Counted from the first letter of the stretch, positions 9,804-20,938 are shown. The stretch: 64,000 bases of DNA from Candidatus Hydrogenedentota bacterium (GCA_046540175.1 JBKHFO010000001.1:9936-73935); one strand, 5' to 3'. Program-made: numbers and translations. Notes: generated by a model not told the origin, from the letters alone.

Positions 9804-10949
9804 TTATTCCCTTAAGCCTTGGTTGCGGAAGAGGTAAACGCCTTCCTTGCCCGGCGCGATGATGTCCTTCCAGCCGTTGCCCGTGATGTCCTCGACCCAG
9901 AAGTAAATTCCCGCGCCACTGGCTTCTTCCGGCGGACCGTAATCAATGGTGACGCGCTCGAAGGCGCCGCCGTTGATCTTGAAGTAATAGAGGCCGGCGG
10001 GATCGTCCGCGCCTGGGTCGGCCCCGTCATGCGCCCGGTAGCGCTTGCCGGTGATGAGGTCGAGGTCGCCATCGTTGTCAATGTCCGCCAGGCGGAGGTC
10101 GTGATACTGGGAGCGATCGGGGTCGATCATATGCTTTTCCCAGCTCCGGTTTCCTTCCTCATCCCGCTTCTGTTCCATCCAGTAGAGGCCGTAGTCATGG
10201 CCCTCGCCCACAATGAGGTCGTTGAGGCCGTCGCCATTGACGTCGTGGACCAAGATGGGCACGCTGGCCGAGCCCAGATCAAAGTCGGCGTGGAAGGGCC
10301 ATTCGTCTTCCATTGGATTCCCGGGGTGCTCGAACCAGCCATTGGCCGACACGATGTCGCCCCGGCCGTTGCCCGTTATATCGCCGAACCCTAGGCCGTG
10401 CCCCGTGTTCTGGTTACTAATGGTGTGTTCCTCGAACTCGCCGGTCCCCTGTCCGTCTTCATCGCGCACCAGCCGGAAGATGCGTTGCGGATTATTGGGC
10501 GTGTTGGGCGCGATCTCGACATGGCCGTCGCCGTTGATGTCCCAGAAGCATGGGCGTTCGACATTGCCTATCGTGGCGATGTCATGGGTTTCCCACTCCA
10601 CGGGCTCGCCTTCGGGATTCTCCCGCCATCGCACGCTTTCGTTAAACCACCCGCCCGTGACGATGTCCATGTAACCATCGCCATTCACGTCCATGGGATA
10701 GTCCGAGAATGAGTCGTAATATGTGCCCTCTTGCCGAATGTCCGTGATCTTGTGCGAGGTCTCGAAGTCCGGTCCTTCAAACCAGTACTCACCCGAAACG
10801 ATATCCATGACGCCATTGTTGTTGATGTCGACGGCCGAGGCGGTCTCGTAGGTCCCCTCTCCTAACTGCTGGCGCTCGAACCACACTTCGCCGTCGCCCT
10901 CCGGGGCCCCAAAGGCCGCCGCTGTCATCATGATCAAAGTGCCTACCAT
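9804..10949 (-). CDS. Secreted FG-GAP/VCBS-repeat beta-propeller protein
   Basis: Start trimmed to MVGTLIMMTAAAFGA (signal peptide; GAGGAG upstream). Repeats VDINNNGVMDIVSG, MDVNGDGYMDIVTG, WDINGDGHVEI, GDITGNGRGDIVS, HDVNGDGLNDLIVG, ADIDNDGDLDLITG and EDITGNGWKDII. The longer ORF-track version overlaps the next gene. Confidence 0.75.
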   Translation of the reverse strand: MVGTLIMMTAAAFGAPEGDGEVWFERQQLGEGTYETASAVDINNNGVMDIVSGEYWFEGPDFETSHKITDIRQEGTYYDSFSDYPMDVNGDGYMDIVTGGWFNESVRWRENPEGEPVEWETHDIATIGNVERPCFWDINGDGHVEIAPNTPNNPQRIFRLVRDEDGQGTGEFEEHTISNQNTGHGLGFGDITGNGRGDIVSANGWFEHPGNPMEDEWPFHADFDLGSASVPILVHDVNGDGLNDLIVGEGHDYGLYWMEQKRDEEGNRSWEKHMIDPDRSQYHDLRLADIDNDGDLDLITGKRYRAHDGADPGADDPAGLYYFKINGGAFERVTIDYGPPEEASGAGIYFWVEDITGNGWKDIIAPGKEGVYLFRNQGLRE

Positions 10950-11010
10950 TGGATGGATCTCCTCTCTAGTTGGGGCTTCCGCAGGCAAGGCCGCCTGCGC
11001 CAGGGGTGTT

Positions 11011-12387
11011 TCACTGCTCCGCCAGCCCGCACAGGAATCGAATGTAGGTTTCGATGCCCCGGAAGAAGTTGGGGAGATGGTGCTTCTCGTTTGGGCCGTG
11101 GATGCCGTCGCCGGGCATCGCGCAACCCAGCATGACCGTGTCCACCCCCAGCTTGGTCTGGAGCAAGTGAACGATGGGAATCGTTCCCCCTTCCCTTCGG
11201 AACACCGGCGGAACGCCAAACACGTCCTCCAACGCCTTTTGCGCCACCTTCATTGCCGGGGCGTGGCGGTCCATGATCGCGGCGGGCGCGTGGGTCATCT
11301 CCCGCACTTCCCACAAAACGGATTCCGGGGCGTTCCGCCGCATGTATTCGCAGAGTTGGCCGTAGACTTCGCCGCTATCCTGATCCGGCACGAGCCGCAT
11401 CGAAATCTTGGCCAAGGCCGTGGCGGGGAGAACGGTCTTGCTGCCGGTCCCCGTGAACCCGCTCACGAGACCGTTTACCTCGAGGGTGGGACGCGCGCCG
11501 ATCCGTTCAAGCACGGTGTAACCGCTTTCGCCCCAAAGCGCCGGAGCGCCGCTCATTTCCAGCCATTCCGTGTCGGAATGCGGCAATCTCGCCATGGATT
11601 CCCGTTCATCAGGCTCCAATTCGCGCACGTTGTCATAGAATCCCGGCAGGGTCACCCGGCCTTCCGCATCATGCATGCCCGCGATGAGTTCACACAAGGC
11701 CTGCGCCGGATTGTGGACGGCGCCGCCGAAGAGGCCGGAATGGAGGTCCTTTTCCGGACCGCGGACTTCAAGCTCAAAGTAGGCGAGACCCCGCAACGCA
11801 TAGGTGATGGCGGGCGTATCGGGCGCGTGGATGCCGGAATCGCAATTGAGCACCCCGTCGCAGCTTAGCATGTCCGAGTGGGCGTCGATAAAGGCGCCGA
11901 GATGAGGGGAGCCCACCTCCTCCTCGCCTTCGAGCAGAAACTTGATGTTGACAGGCAGTTCTCCTTGCGCGCTCAAGGCGTCCACGGCCCGCAAAATGGC
12001 GGTTATCTGGCCTTTCATATCGGACGCGCCCCGGGCATGAATGTCTTCCCCGCGGATGACAGGCTCGAACGGAGGGGAGTCCCATTCGTCCCACGGATCC
12101 GCGGGCTGGACATCGTAATGGCCGTAGATCAAGATGGTGGGCCGTCCTTCGGCGCCCAACCAGTGGCCATATACGATCGGATGGCCCTCGGTGGGGAAGA
12201 TCTCCACGTCCTCCATCCCCAGCCGGCGCAGTTCATCGGCGAGCCATTGCGCCGTGCGCTGCACGTCCGGGGCGTGTTCAGGCAGCGTGGAAATGCTTGG
12301 CATGCGCAAGAGCGCTTTAAGCTGTTCGAGGTGGGCCTCGCGCTGGGCGCGGGCGTATTGGCAAGCCTCTTCGGCAGGTGGCGGCAT
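11011..12387 (-). CDS. M20 family metallopeptidase (dipeptidase / ArgE-DapE-like)
   Basis: IYGHYDVQP, HARGASDMKG, EGEEEVGS and the overall M20 layout with a dimerisation insert. Confidence 0.85.
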   Translation of the reverse strand: MPPPAEEACQYARAQREAHLEQLKALLRMPSISTLPEHAPDVQRTAQWLADELRRLGMEDVEIFPTEGHPIVYGHWLGAEGRPTILIYGHYDVQPADPWDEWDSPPFEPVIRGEDIHARGASDMKGQITAILRAVDALSAQGELPVNIKFLLEGEEEVGSPHLGAFIDAHSDMLSCDGVLNCDSGIHAPDTPAITYALRGLAYFELEVRGPEKDLHSGLFGGAVHNPAQALCELIAGMHDAEGRVTLPGFYDNVRELEPDERESMARLPHSDTEWLEMSGAPALWGESGYTVLERIGARPTLEVNGLVSGFTGTGSKTVLPATALAKISMRLVPDQDSGEVYGQLCEYMRRNAPESVLWEVREMTHAPAAIMDRHAPAMKVAQKALEDVFGVPPVFRREGGTIPIVHLLQTKLGVDTVMLGCAMPGDGIHGPNEKHHLPNFFRGIETYIRFLCGLAEQ

Positions 12388-12489
12388 GACAATCGGGGTC
12401 CTTTCAGGCCATTACTGCGTTTTGGTGAGACGTCCTCTTTTTGCGGAGCGCTACGTTACGATAAGCGCGCAACCAGAGAGACAGAGCGT

Positions 12490-15400
12490 TTATCGTCTGT
12501 ATTCCGATGGGCCAAAAACAACGTATAGGCCCGCGGGCCGGTCGAGCGCGCTGAAGGTCTCTCTTTCAGCATTGAAGCGCGCGTCTTCCACCGGCCGCCA
12601 GCCGTCATTGGGGTGGTGGTAATAGAGTCGAAGCTCCTCCATATGCTCTTCGTCACACACCCCGGACGGCAAGCGCGCGCTTATGCTCGCGCGTACGCCG
12701 ATCCCCTCGGGATGATGCTCCAATCGCAGGTATTCGGTGAAGGCGGCCAGGCCTTCCGGAGGCGGCGAAGGCGGCTGGTTGGGAATAGCCACACGCGCTT
12801 GGATGGCGGTGTTGGCTTGCACATGGAACGTGGCCTGCATCTCAGGGGCCCTGACCTGAATGTTACGGCCCCATTGAACCGGGCCAACCGCTTTGTAATC
12901 CTCGTCGGGTTGACCGCCGGACGTTTCTTGTTCTTGCTGCGCCCGCAACCGGGCCGCCGCCTCTTTTCCTTCTTCGTCGGTGAACGCGAAGTGGCGCCGG
13001 GGCCCTTCTTGCGGCGAGCTGTCACCATCAGGCGTATACTGAATGACGGGATCCCGCTCTTCCTGACGATCTTGTTCCTCCGCTTGCGCTTGCCGGCGCT
13101 GCTCGGCCATGGCCTCGTCTTCGGGCCGGCTGAACTGCATGCGCTGCGGAGGGGCGGTCTCTTCGTCTTCCGGCGGCGTGTACTCAATGACGGGCTCCCG
13201 CTCGCCGGCTTCAGGCGTTCTGAACGCTTCCGCCTCCTCAGGCGGCTCCTGAGCGCCGGGTTCGGTGTCCGTGGGCTCATCGGGGAGTTGCGCCACCTGC
13301 TCGGGATCATCTTCGGCCATGGAATCCTCGCGTGGCGTCAGGATGGACCCCGTGCGGGGTGGCGTCAAGGTGTCTTCCCTATCCTCGTCCGGCTGGGTTG
13401 CCCCTTCAAACACACGAAAACGGCCGTCGTTCCGCAGACCCGTCAAGGACACCCCTTCTCTGGCCTCGCCGGCGGGTTCAATGTGCATGTGCGAGCCGCC
13501 CGGTTCTTCGGATTGTTCCTTGCCTTCGTCGTCCGTGAAAGGACTGACTTCTTCACCCGGCGCGACCGGTGGCGCGAGATCTTCCAGCCCGCCTTCCAGC
13601 GAGAAGGGACCGGCATGGTCTTCGGGATCGATCTCCATGGGTTCGGCGGGATCCCAATCGGGATCGCGCGGCGTCACGCCAAACCGGCTCTCCACCTCGA
13701 CCTCGGGCCTCCGGAGAAACGCGTCCGGTCCCAGGACGGCGAACGTCTTCGCGCCTTGCTCCCGCGCGGAAAGGGTGCGAATTTCCGATTGGTTGTCTTG
13801 AAGCTCGGCAGGCCGCCATTCGCCCGAGGCGTCACACACCCAAATCCCTAGATAGGGAAAATGGCGGCTGTCGGCCAATGTCTCCGGGATGAAGACATCG
13901 ACATTCACCATGAACGGCGCTTCAGCGCGCGCGGTCTCCAGTTCCGCGAACAGACTGAATGCGGCTAGCCCTTCCGGCAAGGGCGCGGGCGGTTCACTGG
14001 ACACGTCCAAACTCGCCACGATCGGCGTTTCGGCTCGAAGCTGGAATTGCGCTTCGATGCCTTGGGGGCGAAGCAGGATGTTACGGCCGACTGCGCGTTG
14101 CGCCGCCCGTTGCACTTCGTCGTGGCGGAAGCGCGTGCGTTTGAAGCGGCGATCGGTGAACAACTCGAACTGATCGTCGTAATGGGGAGAACGGGGGTCT
14201 TGAGACGTCCCAAAGGGAAGTATGCTCACTGCTTCGGGTGTTTCGCCGAATCGCACGGCCATCGCGTAGCCGTACCCTTTTTGCACGGGCCGGGGACTTG
14301 AATTGCTTGCGGTGGGCCGGTCGGAGAAGAAGATGCTCTCTCCCGAGGCTCCGCCGGGCAGGGGGGCGTTCTTATCGCCGCGTTGCGCGCGGTGCACATA
14401 TTCCCAGGGGACCGACAGGCTCTGGTGCTGGTTGCGCAGATGCTTGGCGGCTTCTCCCACCGCCCGCAGCGAGAGTTCTCGCATCGCCTCGCTATCCTCG
14501 CGAACGGCGGCGCGTAGGCGTTTTTCGTTGTGTAAGACAGGGGGCGCGATGGCCTTGAGCGCGCGCCACCACGCGTCGAAACAGGTCATTCCCACGCTGC
14601 TTGGCTCGGCCATGTAGTTCCAGTCCCGCAAAATGTTCAGGGCCGCCGGCACGTCGGGGTGAATACGCGTGAGGGCGTTCTGGTGCGCTTCTCCTGCTTG
14701 AAGCAAATGGGGCACGGCTTCCATGGCGAACGGCGCGGCTACGTCATAGAGCATGGACTGAATGTCGTGGAAATTGCGGGGAGAGCGCCCCAGCAGGCTC
14801 CGCACGCGCCGCGCGCGCGCCGTGTCCGCATCGCGCACGAACCAATAGGGGTAATCCGAGGGGGCAATGTCCGCGTTGTTGGTCGCGCCCCACGGCGGCG
14901 TGCCGCTGGCCTGGACAAAGCCCGCGCCTGGGTTGGTGAGGCTCGGCAAGGCGGATAGAGGGACAAGGGGCCCCCACCTGTACCGGGTGTCCCCGGAAGG
15001 CACAGGGCTTTGCCAGTCCACGAAATGGGGGTCCTCGTCTTCCTCGCCGCCGGGGTCGCTCCCTTCGATGATTCGAGTCTCTCCCTCGCTAAGCGAACCC
15101 ATGTATTTTGTGCCGACTGTGGCATTGTAAAGGTAAAAGATGTTGCCGGCCCGGTCGGCGTACACCACGTGGAATGAGGGGAGTTGCCGCATGGCCAGGG
15201 CTTCCTGGAACTCGCGCAGGTTGCGGGCCCGGCCCATCTCCATGAGCTGGCGGAGCCCACCCAACTCGGTGTAGCCCCCCACCTTGTACGAGACTTGCCG
15301 TCCCCGGAACGTCCCCACCACCGGTCCGCGCGGAGTATGAACCTGCTGCACGTGACGCTCCGCGAAACCGGTAGGCGTTCGAACCGTAAAGGGGACGGTA

Positions 15401-16267
15401 TGCGCGAGATCTTGCAGTTCTTGTAATAACTCGAAATCGATTTGCGGCTGGTTGACTTGCGCCGGATTGTGGGCTACCTGGGGGGGCCTTTCAATATACA
15501 TGTCCCCGATATCGGGCTCATTCGGCGCCAGCCCCCATCCCAAGACTTCGTTGTGACCCTGCAAGAGAATGGGCAACCCGAAAACGGTTGCTCCCGCCAC
15601 GTTCATGTCTTGGGTGACGAGATGCGCTTCATACCACTGGAACGGCCCGCCATAATCCCCATGCGGGTTGATGGCGAGAAGCGCCTCGCCCGTGACGGAA
15701 TGCGCGCCGCTGACGGCCCATGCGTTGGCCGAGGGCATGGCCGGAGAACGGTGGTAGACATCGGGCAGATCGAACGGCGCCGTGGTCATGAGGAACGCGT
15801 GCAAGAGCGCAAGGATGTCTTGAGGCCGCACGCCTTCCGCCCACGTGGGCGCTTCCTCATGATGCTCGGAGAGCCAGCTATTGACGCCAAGGGCGAAGCC
15901 TTCGCACAACTGCCGGGTGATGGGATCGGCCTCTTGATACGCCCTCCGAGCGAGCGCGGCGTGGCCCATCTTCAGCGAAAACGCATCGGATTCCGCGTAG
16001 GACTCGCCCATTACCTCGGCCGCTCCGCCATTGGCAATGCGATACGCCATGAGCATCTCTTCGAGATGGTCTTCCGCCTGCGCGTACCCGAACGCGAAGG
16101 CCATGGCGCGGGGCGTGTCGCCGTAGACGTGGGGCGTTCCCCATTCATCCCGGTACAGCGTCGCTTGGGCCCACAGATCGTTTGGCTGGGCCGCCGCGCC
16201 TGCATCCCACGATGTGAGCGTCGTGACGGCTATCAAAAGTCCCAACAGGACTTTGGAAGTATCGGGC
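12490..16267 (-). CDS. Penicillin/AHL acylase family (Ntn hydrolase, S45) fused to a roughly 550-aa acidic Pro/Glu/Asp-rich C-terminal extension with a duplicated domain
   Basis: Signal peptide MPDTSKVLLGLLIAVTTLTSWDAGAAAQ. HVYGDTPRAMAFAFGYAQAEDHLEEM (acylase alpha subunit). SNAWAVSG is the beta-subunit N-terminal nucleophile Ser motif. C-terminal repeats VIEYTPPEDEE / VIQYTPDGDSS, PFTDDEGKE / FAFTDEEGKE and two PPxPxPEGLAAF-containing roughly 120-aa segments. Confidence 0.8.
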
Positions 16268-16506
16268 ATAATCTCGTGAACACCCTTGTTGTACATAAAC
16301 CTCCACTCGCTGCTTCTCCAGCGCTTACTAATGGGGCAAATTGTAGCATGCGGAAGGCGCGAGGGTCATCTTCCCCATGGCCGCCCCGTGCGAAACACAA
16401 GGTTGAACCGTGCCGCGCGGACCCTTATAGTGAGAGCAATCATCTGTCCTCTGCCGCTGGACCGGTGGATGGCGATACATCGGCTTGAACCAAGGAGCTT
16501 ATACCA

Positions 16507-18162
16507 ATGAACGAGAACGACCACAGTCTGCAGAGCCTTGCGGCTCCGCTGGCCAATCCCACCCGGCGCCGTTTCTTGCAGTCCATGCTCGCGGGCGGAG
16601 CCGCTTTCGTCGTGGGCCAGCCCGCCAACGCGCAGGAGACGTCCTATGCGGAGGGCGTTGTGTTTCACGACCGCAACGGCTCGGGCGTGCGTGAAGAAGG
16701 CGATCCCGGCGTGCCCGAAGTCCGTGTATCGAACGGCCGGGATGTCACCGTGACCGACGAGGAGGGACGGTGGCGGCTGCCTCTTGACGGGGACCGCACC
16801 GTCTTTTTCGTCATCAAGCCCAGCGGATGGCGCGCTCCGTTGAACGGCGATAACCTGCCTCAATTTCACTATATTCACGACCCCGAGGGTTCGCCCGAGT
16901 TGGAATATGAAGGCATCGCGCCCACGGGGACCTTGCCGGATTCCATCGATTTCCCGTTGGAGCCGCAAGAGGAGCCCAGCGAATTGCGGGTGTTGATGTG
17001 CGGCGATCCTCAGCCACGCAACGGCCGGGAGGTGGCGTACATCGCGCAAAGCGCCGTGCCGGAGCTGGCCGAGGCCGAGGCGGATTTTGGCGTGAGCCTT
17101 GGCGACATTATGTTCGATAACCTCGAGTATTACGGGCCGTTGAATGCCGCGATGGGGTTGGCGGGCAAGCCCTGGTACAACCTGCTGGGCAATCACGATT
17201 TGAACTTCGATGTTCCGGACAACGAACACGCCAACGACACCTTCATCCGCGTATACGGTCCGACGTACTACGCGTTTGAATACGGTCCCGTTCATTTCAT
17301 CGTACTGAACAATATCGACTGGATGGGAGCAACGGAGGAAGGCGGCACGGGCAACTACCGCGGGAGACTGGGGGAGCGTCAAATCGAATTCGTGCGAAAC
17401 GAGCTGGAACATGTGCCGCAGGACAAGCTCAGCGTCATCATGATGCATATCCCCCTGGACTCGCCGGATACGGAGGCAGAAGGCAGCAACACCGTGGATC
17501 GCGAAGACCTCTACCGCATCATCGAGGACAGGCCCAACCTGCTGACGCTTTCGGCTCATCGCCACCTGCACGGGCACTTCATGTTGGACGAGGAAAATGG
17601 TTGGCGAGGCGACAACCCGTTGCATCACATCATCATGGGGACCTTGTGCGGCAGCTGGTTCCGGGGCGCGCCGAATGAGCAGGGCGTGCCCGTGGCGATG
17701 ATGGCGGATGGCACGCCGAGAGGCTGCGGGATGTTCAGATTCGCGGACCAGCACTACTCAATGGACGGTTACAAGGTGTTCGGCGCCGGGGCGGACCATC
17801 AGATGCATATCGAGGCCCCCAACGTGGTCGCACGTGACGAGGTCGAAGAAACCGGCGTGTACGTCAACGTGTACAACGGCTGCGAGCGTTCCGAAGTGCG
17901 TTTCCGCGCGGGGAGCGATGGAGCGTGGCGTGACATGGACCGCACGGTCGAGCCCGATCCCCGCTACGTATGGCTTTATGAGCGCGATCAAGACGTGGAG
18001 TCTCCGTACCTTTCCCCCAGTGATCCGTATAACTGCTATCACCTATGGCGGATCAACCTGCCCGCCGATCTCCCCGAAGGGACCCATATGCTCGAAGTGG
18101 AAGCCACGGACAGGTTCGGCAACGTTCACCGGGGCGCGCGTCCGATGCGCGTGACGGCCTGA
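16507..18162 (+). CDS. Tat-secreted calcineurin-like metallophosphoesterase
   Basis: RRRFLQSMLAGGAAFVVGQPANAQ Tat signal. MCGDPQ, GDIMFD, LGNHDL and HRHLHGHF metal-binding motifs. Confidence 0.85.
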   Translation: MNENDHSLQSLAAPLANPTRRRFLQSMLAGGAAFVVGQPANAQETSYAEGVVFHDRNGSGVREEGDPGVPEVRVSNGRDVTVTDEEGRWRLPLDGDRTVFFVIKPSGWRAPLNGDNLPQFHYIHDPEGSPELEYEGIAPTGTLPDSIDFPLEPQEEPSELRVLMCGDPQPRNGREVAYIAQSAVPELAEAEADFGVSLGDIMFDNLEYYGPLNAAMGLAGKPWYNLLGNHDLNFDVPDNEHANDTFIRVYGPTYYAFEYGPVHFIVLNNIDWMGATEEGGTGNYRGRLGERQIEFVRNELEHVPQDKLSVIMMHIPLDSPDTEAEGSNTVDREDLYRIIEDRPNLLTLSAHRHLHGHFMLDEENGWRGDNPLHHIIMGTLCGSWFRGAPNEQGVPVAMMADGTPRGCGMFRFADQHYSMDGYKVFGAGADHQMHIEAPNVVARDEVEETGVYVNVYNGCERSEVRFRAGSDGAWRDMDRTVEPDPRYVWLYERDQDVESPYLSPSDPYNCYHLWRINLPADLPEGTHMLEVEATDRFGNVHRGARPMRVTA

Positions 18163-18720
18163 GCGTGTCTTGGCGGGTGAGCGGCGGCCATGTGCGCTTC
18201 CGCTCGCACGCCGCCCGGGGCCGGGCTTGGGGGCATGTGGTACACTGGGAGTTCGTGGGAAGATGAATCTTTTGTCCGAGTTGCGGGCATACATCCAAAA
18301 GACCCCAGCGGGGTCATGGATGGTAGCCAGGGGTTGAGCCCGCGAGCGCAAGCGAGTAGGGCGACACCCCTGGATCGAGGGTCCCCCACAAAGACGGACC
18401 CCGGCAGGGGTCCCAGACTCCAGGCTTCCGCGGCCCCTGCCGGGGTCGATTTGGGGTCGTCTTCGATTCCAGGGGTATTGCGTGCTGACGCACGCTGCAA
18501 CCCCTGGCTATCATCTGTCATCCCTGCCGGGATGGATTTATTTGTGACAGCATTTCAGAATCGGAACGAACACACATTCGGCGCTGACCACGCCCACATT
18601 GCGTTCCCCAATGGGCGAGTAGGTTTCCATCGCCGCCGGGGAATTTCCCGGCGGTTTCTAACGTTTCCACGGCATGGTGTTGTACGGTTTATTGGATCAG
18701 TTAAGGCCCGAGGAGGGGTT

Positions 18721-19641
18721 ATGCGCGTTATTCTAGCAAAACCACGGGGTTTTTGCGCAGGTGTTGAACGGGCGATCAAGTGCGTGGAACAGGCCTTGGA
18801 ACGGTATGGCGCCCCAGTGTATGTGCTCAACGATATCGTTCATAATGCGAACGTGGTCAACGAGTTGCGGGCGAAGGGGGCCATCTTTGTCAAGGACGTA
18901 AACGCGGCGCCCGAGGGCGCACACTTGCTCTTCAGCGCCCACGGTGTTGGCCCGGACCGTTGGGAAGAAGCCCAACGCCTGAGCCTGGATGTGATCGACG
19001 CTACATGTCCTCTTGTTGAAAAGGTGCATCGCGAAGCGCGCCTGTTCGCCGACAAGGATTTCACCGTCATTCTTATCGGGGAGGAAGGCCACGACGAAAC
19101 CGTTGGCACGAAAGGCTGGGCGCCGGACAACATACGGGTGGTGTTTTCGGAACACGAAGTCGAGCAACTCGAGGTCCCCGACGAGACGAAGCTGGCCTAT
19201 ATTACTCAGACCACCTTGAGCGTGGAGGACTGCCGCCGCGTGATTGAGGCGCTTCGGCGGCGCTTCCCGCATATTCAGGGGCCCAAGTCCGCCGACATCT
19301 GTTACGCCACCCAGAATCGCCAGGCGGCGGTGAACGCGCTCTCCCCTTACGTGGATCTCGTGCTTGTCGTTGGCGACAAGGAAAGCGCCAACTCCAATCG
19401 TTTGGCCGAGATTTGCCGGGTACAAGGGCGGCCCGCTTACCTGATTAGTTCAGCCGACGCCATACAAGAGGCGTGGTTGGAAGGGGTCCAGGATGTGCTG
19501 GTCACTGCCGGGGCCTCTGCGCCCGAATCCCTTGTGAAAGGCGTCATTGACTATCTGAGCGAACGCGGCGCGGAGGAAATTACCGAGAGCGAAATCATGG
19601 CGGAGAACGTCCACTTTAAGTTGCCCACCTCCATCGCGTAG
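18721..19641 (+). CDS. ispH: 4-hydroxy-3-methylbut-2-enyl diphosphate reductase
   Basis: MRVILAKPRGFCAGVERAI..., ATCPLV and TLSVED. GAGGAGG Shine-Dalgarno sits 6 nt upstream of the ATG at 18721. The ORF-track start at 18190 is an in-frame upstream extension. Confidence 0.92.
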   Translation: MRVILAKPRGFCAGVERAIKCVEQALERYGAPVYVLNDIVHNANVVNELRAKGAIFVKDVNAAPEGAHLLFSAHGVGPDRWEEAQRLSLDVIDATCPLVEKVHREARLFADKDFTVILIGEEGHDETVGTKGWAPDNIRVVFSEHEVEQLEVPDETKLAYITQTTLSVEDCRRVIEALRRRFPHIQGPKSADICYATQNRQAAVNALSPYVDLVLVVGDKESANSNRLAEICRVQGRPAYLISSADAIQEAWLEGVQDVLVTAGASAPESLVKGVIDYLSERGAEEITESEIMAENVHFKLPTSIA

Positions 19642-19735
19642 CGCAGCCCGCCTTAAGCAAACGTTCACGGCCGTCCCAAGAGGGCGGCTGTTTGTTATTC
19701 GGGGCCTTTCTTCCGCGTTGCGCGTCCGTTCTCTG

Positions 19736-20938
19736 TCATTCGCTTTCGGCGGCCCGGAAGCGTGTACTGTAATCCAGGGCGAGGCTGGCGAGGAGCGCGG
19801 CGCCGATAGGCAGGGCGTCGTCATTGAAATCGTAGTAGGGTGTATGAAGCCCTGGGTATTCCCGATCGGGGTGCGGGTTGACGCCCAGATAAACGAACGC
19901 GCCGGGCGCCTTTTGCAGATAGAACGCGAAATCCTCGGCGGCCATGACGGGACGGGGGAGCGTCATCACGCGGCCCTCGCCGAAAAGCCGTTCGGCCGTT
20001 TCCCGGGCGAAGTGTGTCGCCTCGGGGTCGTTGTACAACGAGGGGTACCGGGTGTCCTTCAGCACGGTTTCCGCCTCGGCGCGGAATGCCCTCGCTGTGT
20101 GAGAGGCCACGCGTTCGATGGCCTCGGCGATGATGTCGAAGCGAGCCGGTTCGATGCTGCGAAGGGTGCCCTCCATGATGGCGGTGTCCGGGATGACGTT
20201 TGTCGAGCAACCCCCGTGAATCGAGCCGATGGTGACGACGCCCGCCTCGCCGGGATCCAGTTCGCGGCTTACAATGGCCTGCAGCGCGGTGGTGATGTGC
20301 GCCGCCACGAGGATGGGATCCACTCCGTCGTGCGGGGCCGCGCCGTGGCACCCCTTGCCGCGCACCGTGATGCGGAAACAGTTCGCCGAGGCCATCATCC
20401 AGCCCGGGCGTAGCGCGATGCGTCCCAGGGGCAAGCTGGGCCATCCGTGCAACGCGAACGCGGCGTCCACGCCGTCGAGCACCCCTTCCTCCACAATGCG
20501 CCGTCCCCCCGCGGCGAGTTCCTCGGCTGGCTGAAAGACGCACTTCACGGTCCCGTGCAAGCGATCCCGGTGTTCCATGAGCGCATGGATGGCGCCGCAC
20601 AAACCCGCGCTGTGGCCGTCGTGTCCGCAGGCGTGCATCCGTTCGGGAATGGTGGACGCGTAGGGAAGGTCTGTTTGTTCTTGGATCTCCAGGGCGTCGA
20701 TGTCCGCCCGCAGCAACACGGCGGGACCCGGGTGGGAGCCCTCCAACGTGACCACAATCCCCGTGCCTCCTGCGTGGCCCCGGGTGTACGGCGCGCCCAA
20801 ATCGTCCAGAAATCGCGCGATCCGGCCGGAGGTCCAGTGTTCTTCAAAGCGTATCTCGGGATGGGCGTGCAATTCGTGGCGCAGTTCAATGAGTTTGGGC
20901 AGGATGGTGTCTAGGGCTGGCTTTAGTTCGTCATGCAT
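19736..20938 (-). CDS. M20D family amidohydrolase (N-acyl-L-amino acid amidohydrolase / hippurate hydrolase-like)
   Basis: MHDELKPALD..., HELHAHPE, MHACGHDGH, QPAEE. Start trimmed from the longer ORF. Confidence 0.85.
   Translation of the reverse strand: MHDELKPALDTILPKLIELRHELHAHPEIRFEEHWTSGRIARFLDDLGAPYTRGHAGGTGIVVTLEGSHPGPAVLLRADIDALEIQEQTDLPYASTIPERMHACGHDGHSAGLCGAIHALMEHRDRLHGTVKCVFQPAEELAAGGRRIVEEGVLDGVDAAFALHGWPSLPLGRIALRPGWMMASANCFRITVRGKGCHGAAPHDGVDPILVAAHITTALQAIVSRELDPGEAGVVTIGSIHGGCSTNVIPDTAIMEGTLRSIEPARFDIIAEAIERVASHTARAFRAEAETVLKDTRYPSLYNDPEATHFARETAERLFGEGRVMTLPRPVMAAEDFAFYLQKAPGAFVYLGVNPHPDREYPGLHTPYYDFNDDALPIGAALLASLALDYSTRFRAAESE

Noticed and set aside
10950-11219. N-terminal 90-codon extension of the FG-GAP gene overlapping the M20 peptidase gene
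   Set aside because: The extension is Ser/Thr/Arg-rich nonsense. An internal ATG with GAGGAG Shine-Dalgarno yields a proper signal peptide (MVGTLIMMTAAAFGA).
16366-17754. 462-aa minus-strand ORF fully antisense to the metallophosphoesterase gene
   Set aside because: The encoded protein is low-complexity (Arg/Ala/Pro/Gly-rich) with no motifs. It is a typical long antisense ORF in about 65% GC DNA. The sense-strand gene has clear family motifs.
18190-18720. In-frame 177-codon upstream extension of ispH in the ORF track
   Set aside because: The canonical IspH N-terminus MRVILAKPRGFCAGV begins at 18721 with a GAGGAGG Shine-Dalgarno. The extension is Arg/Pro/Gly-rich and hairpin-dense, so it is more likely non-coding.
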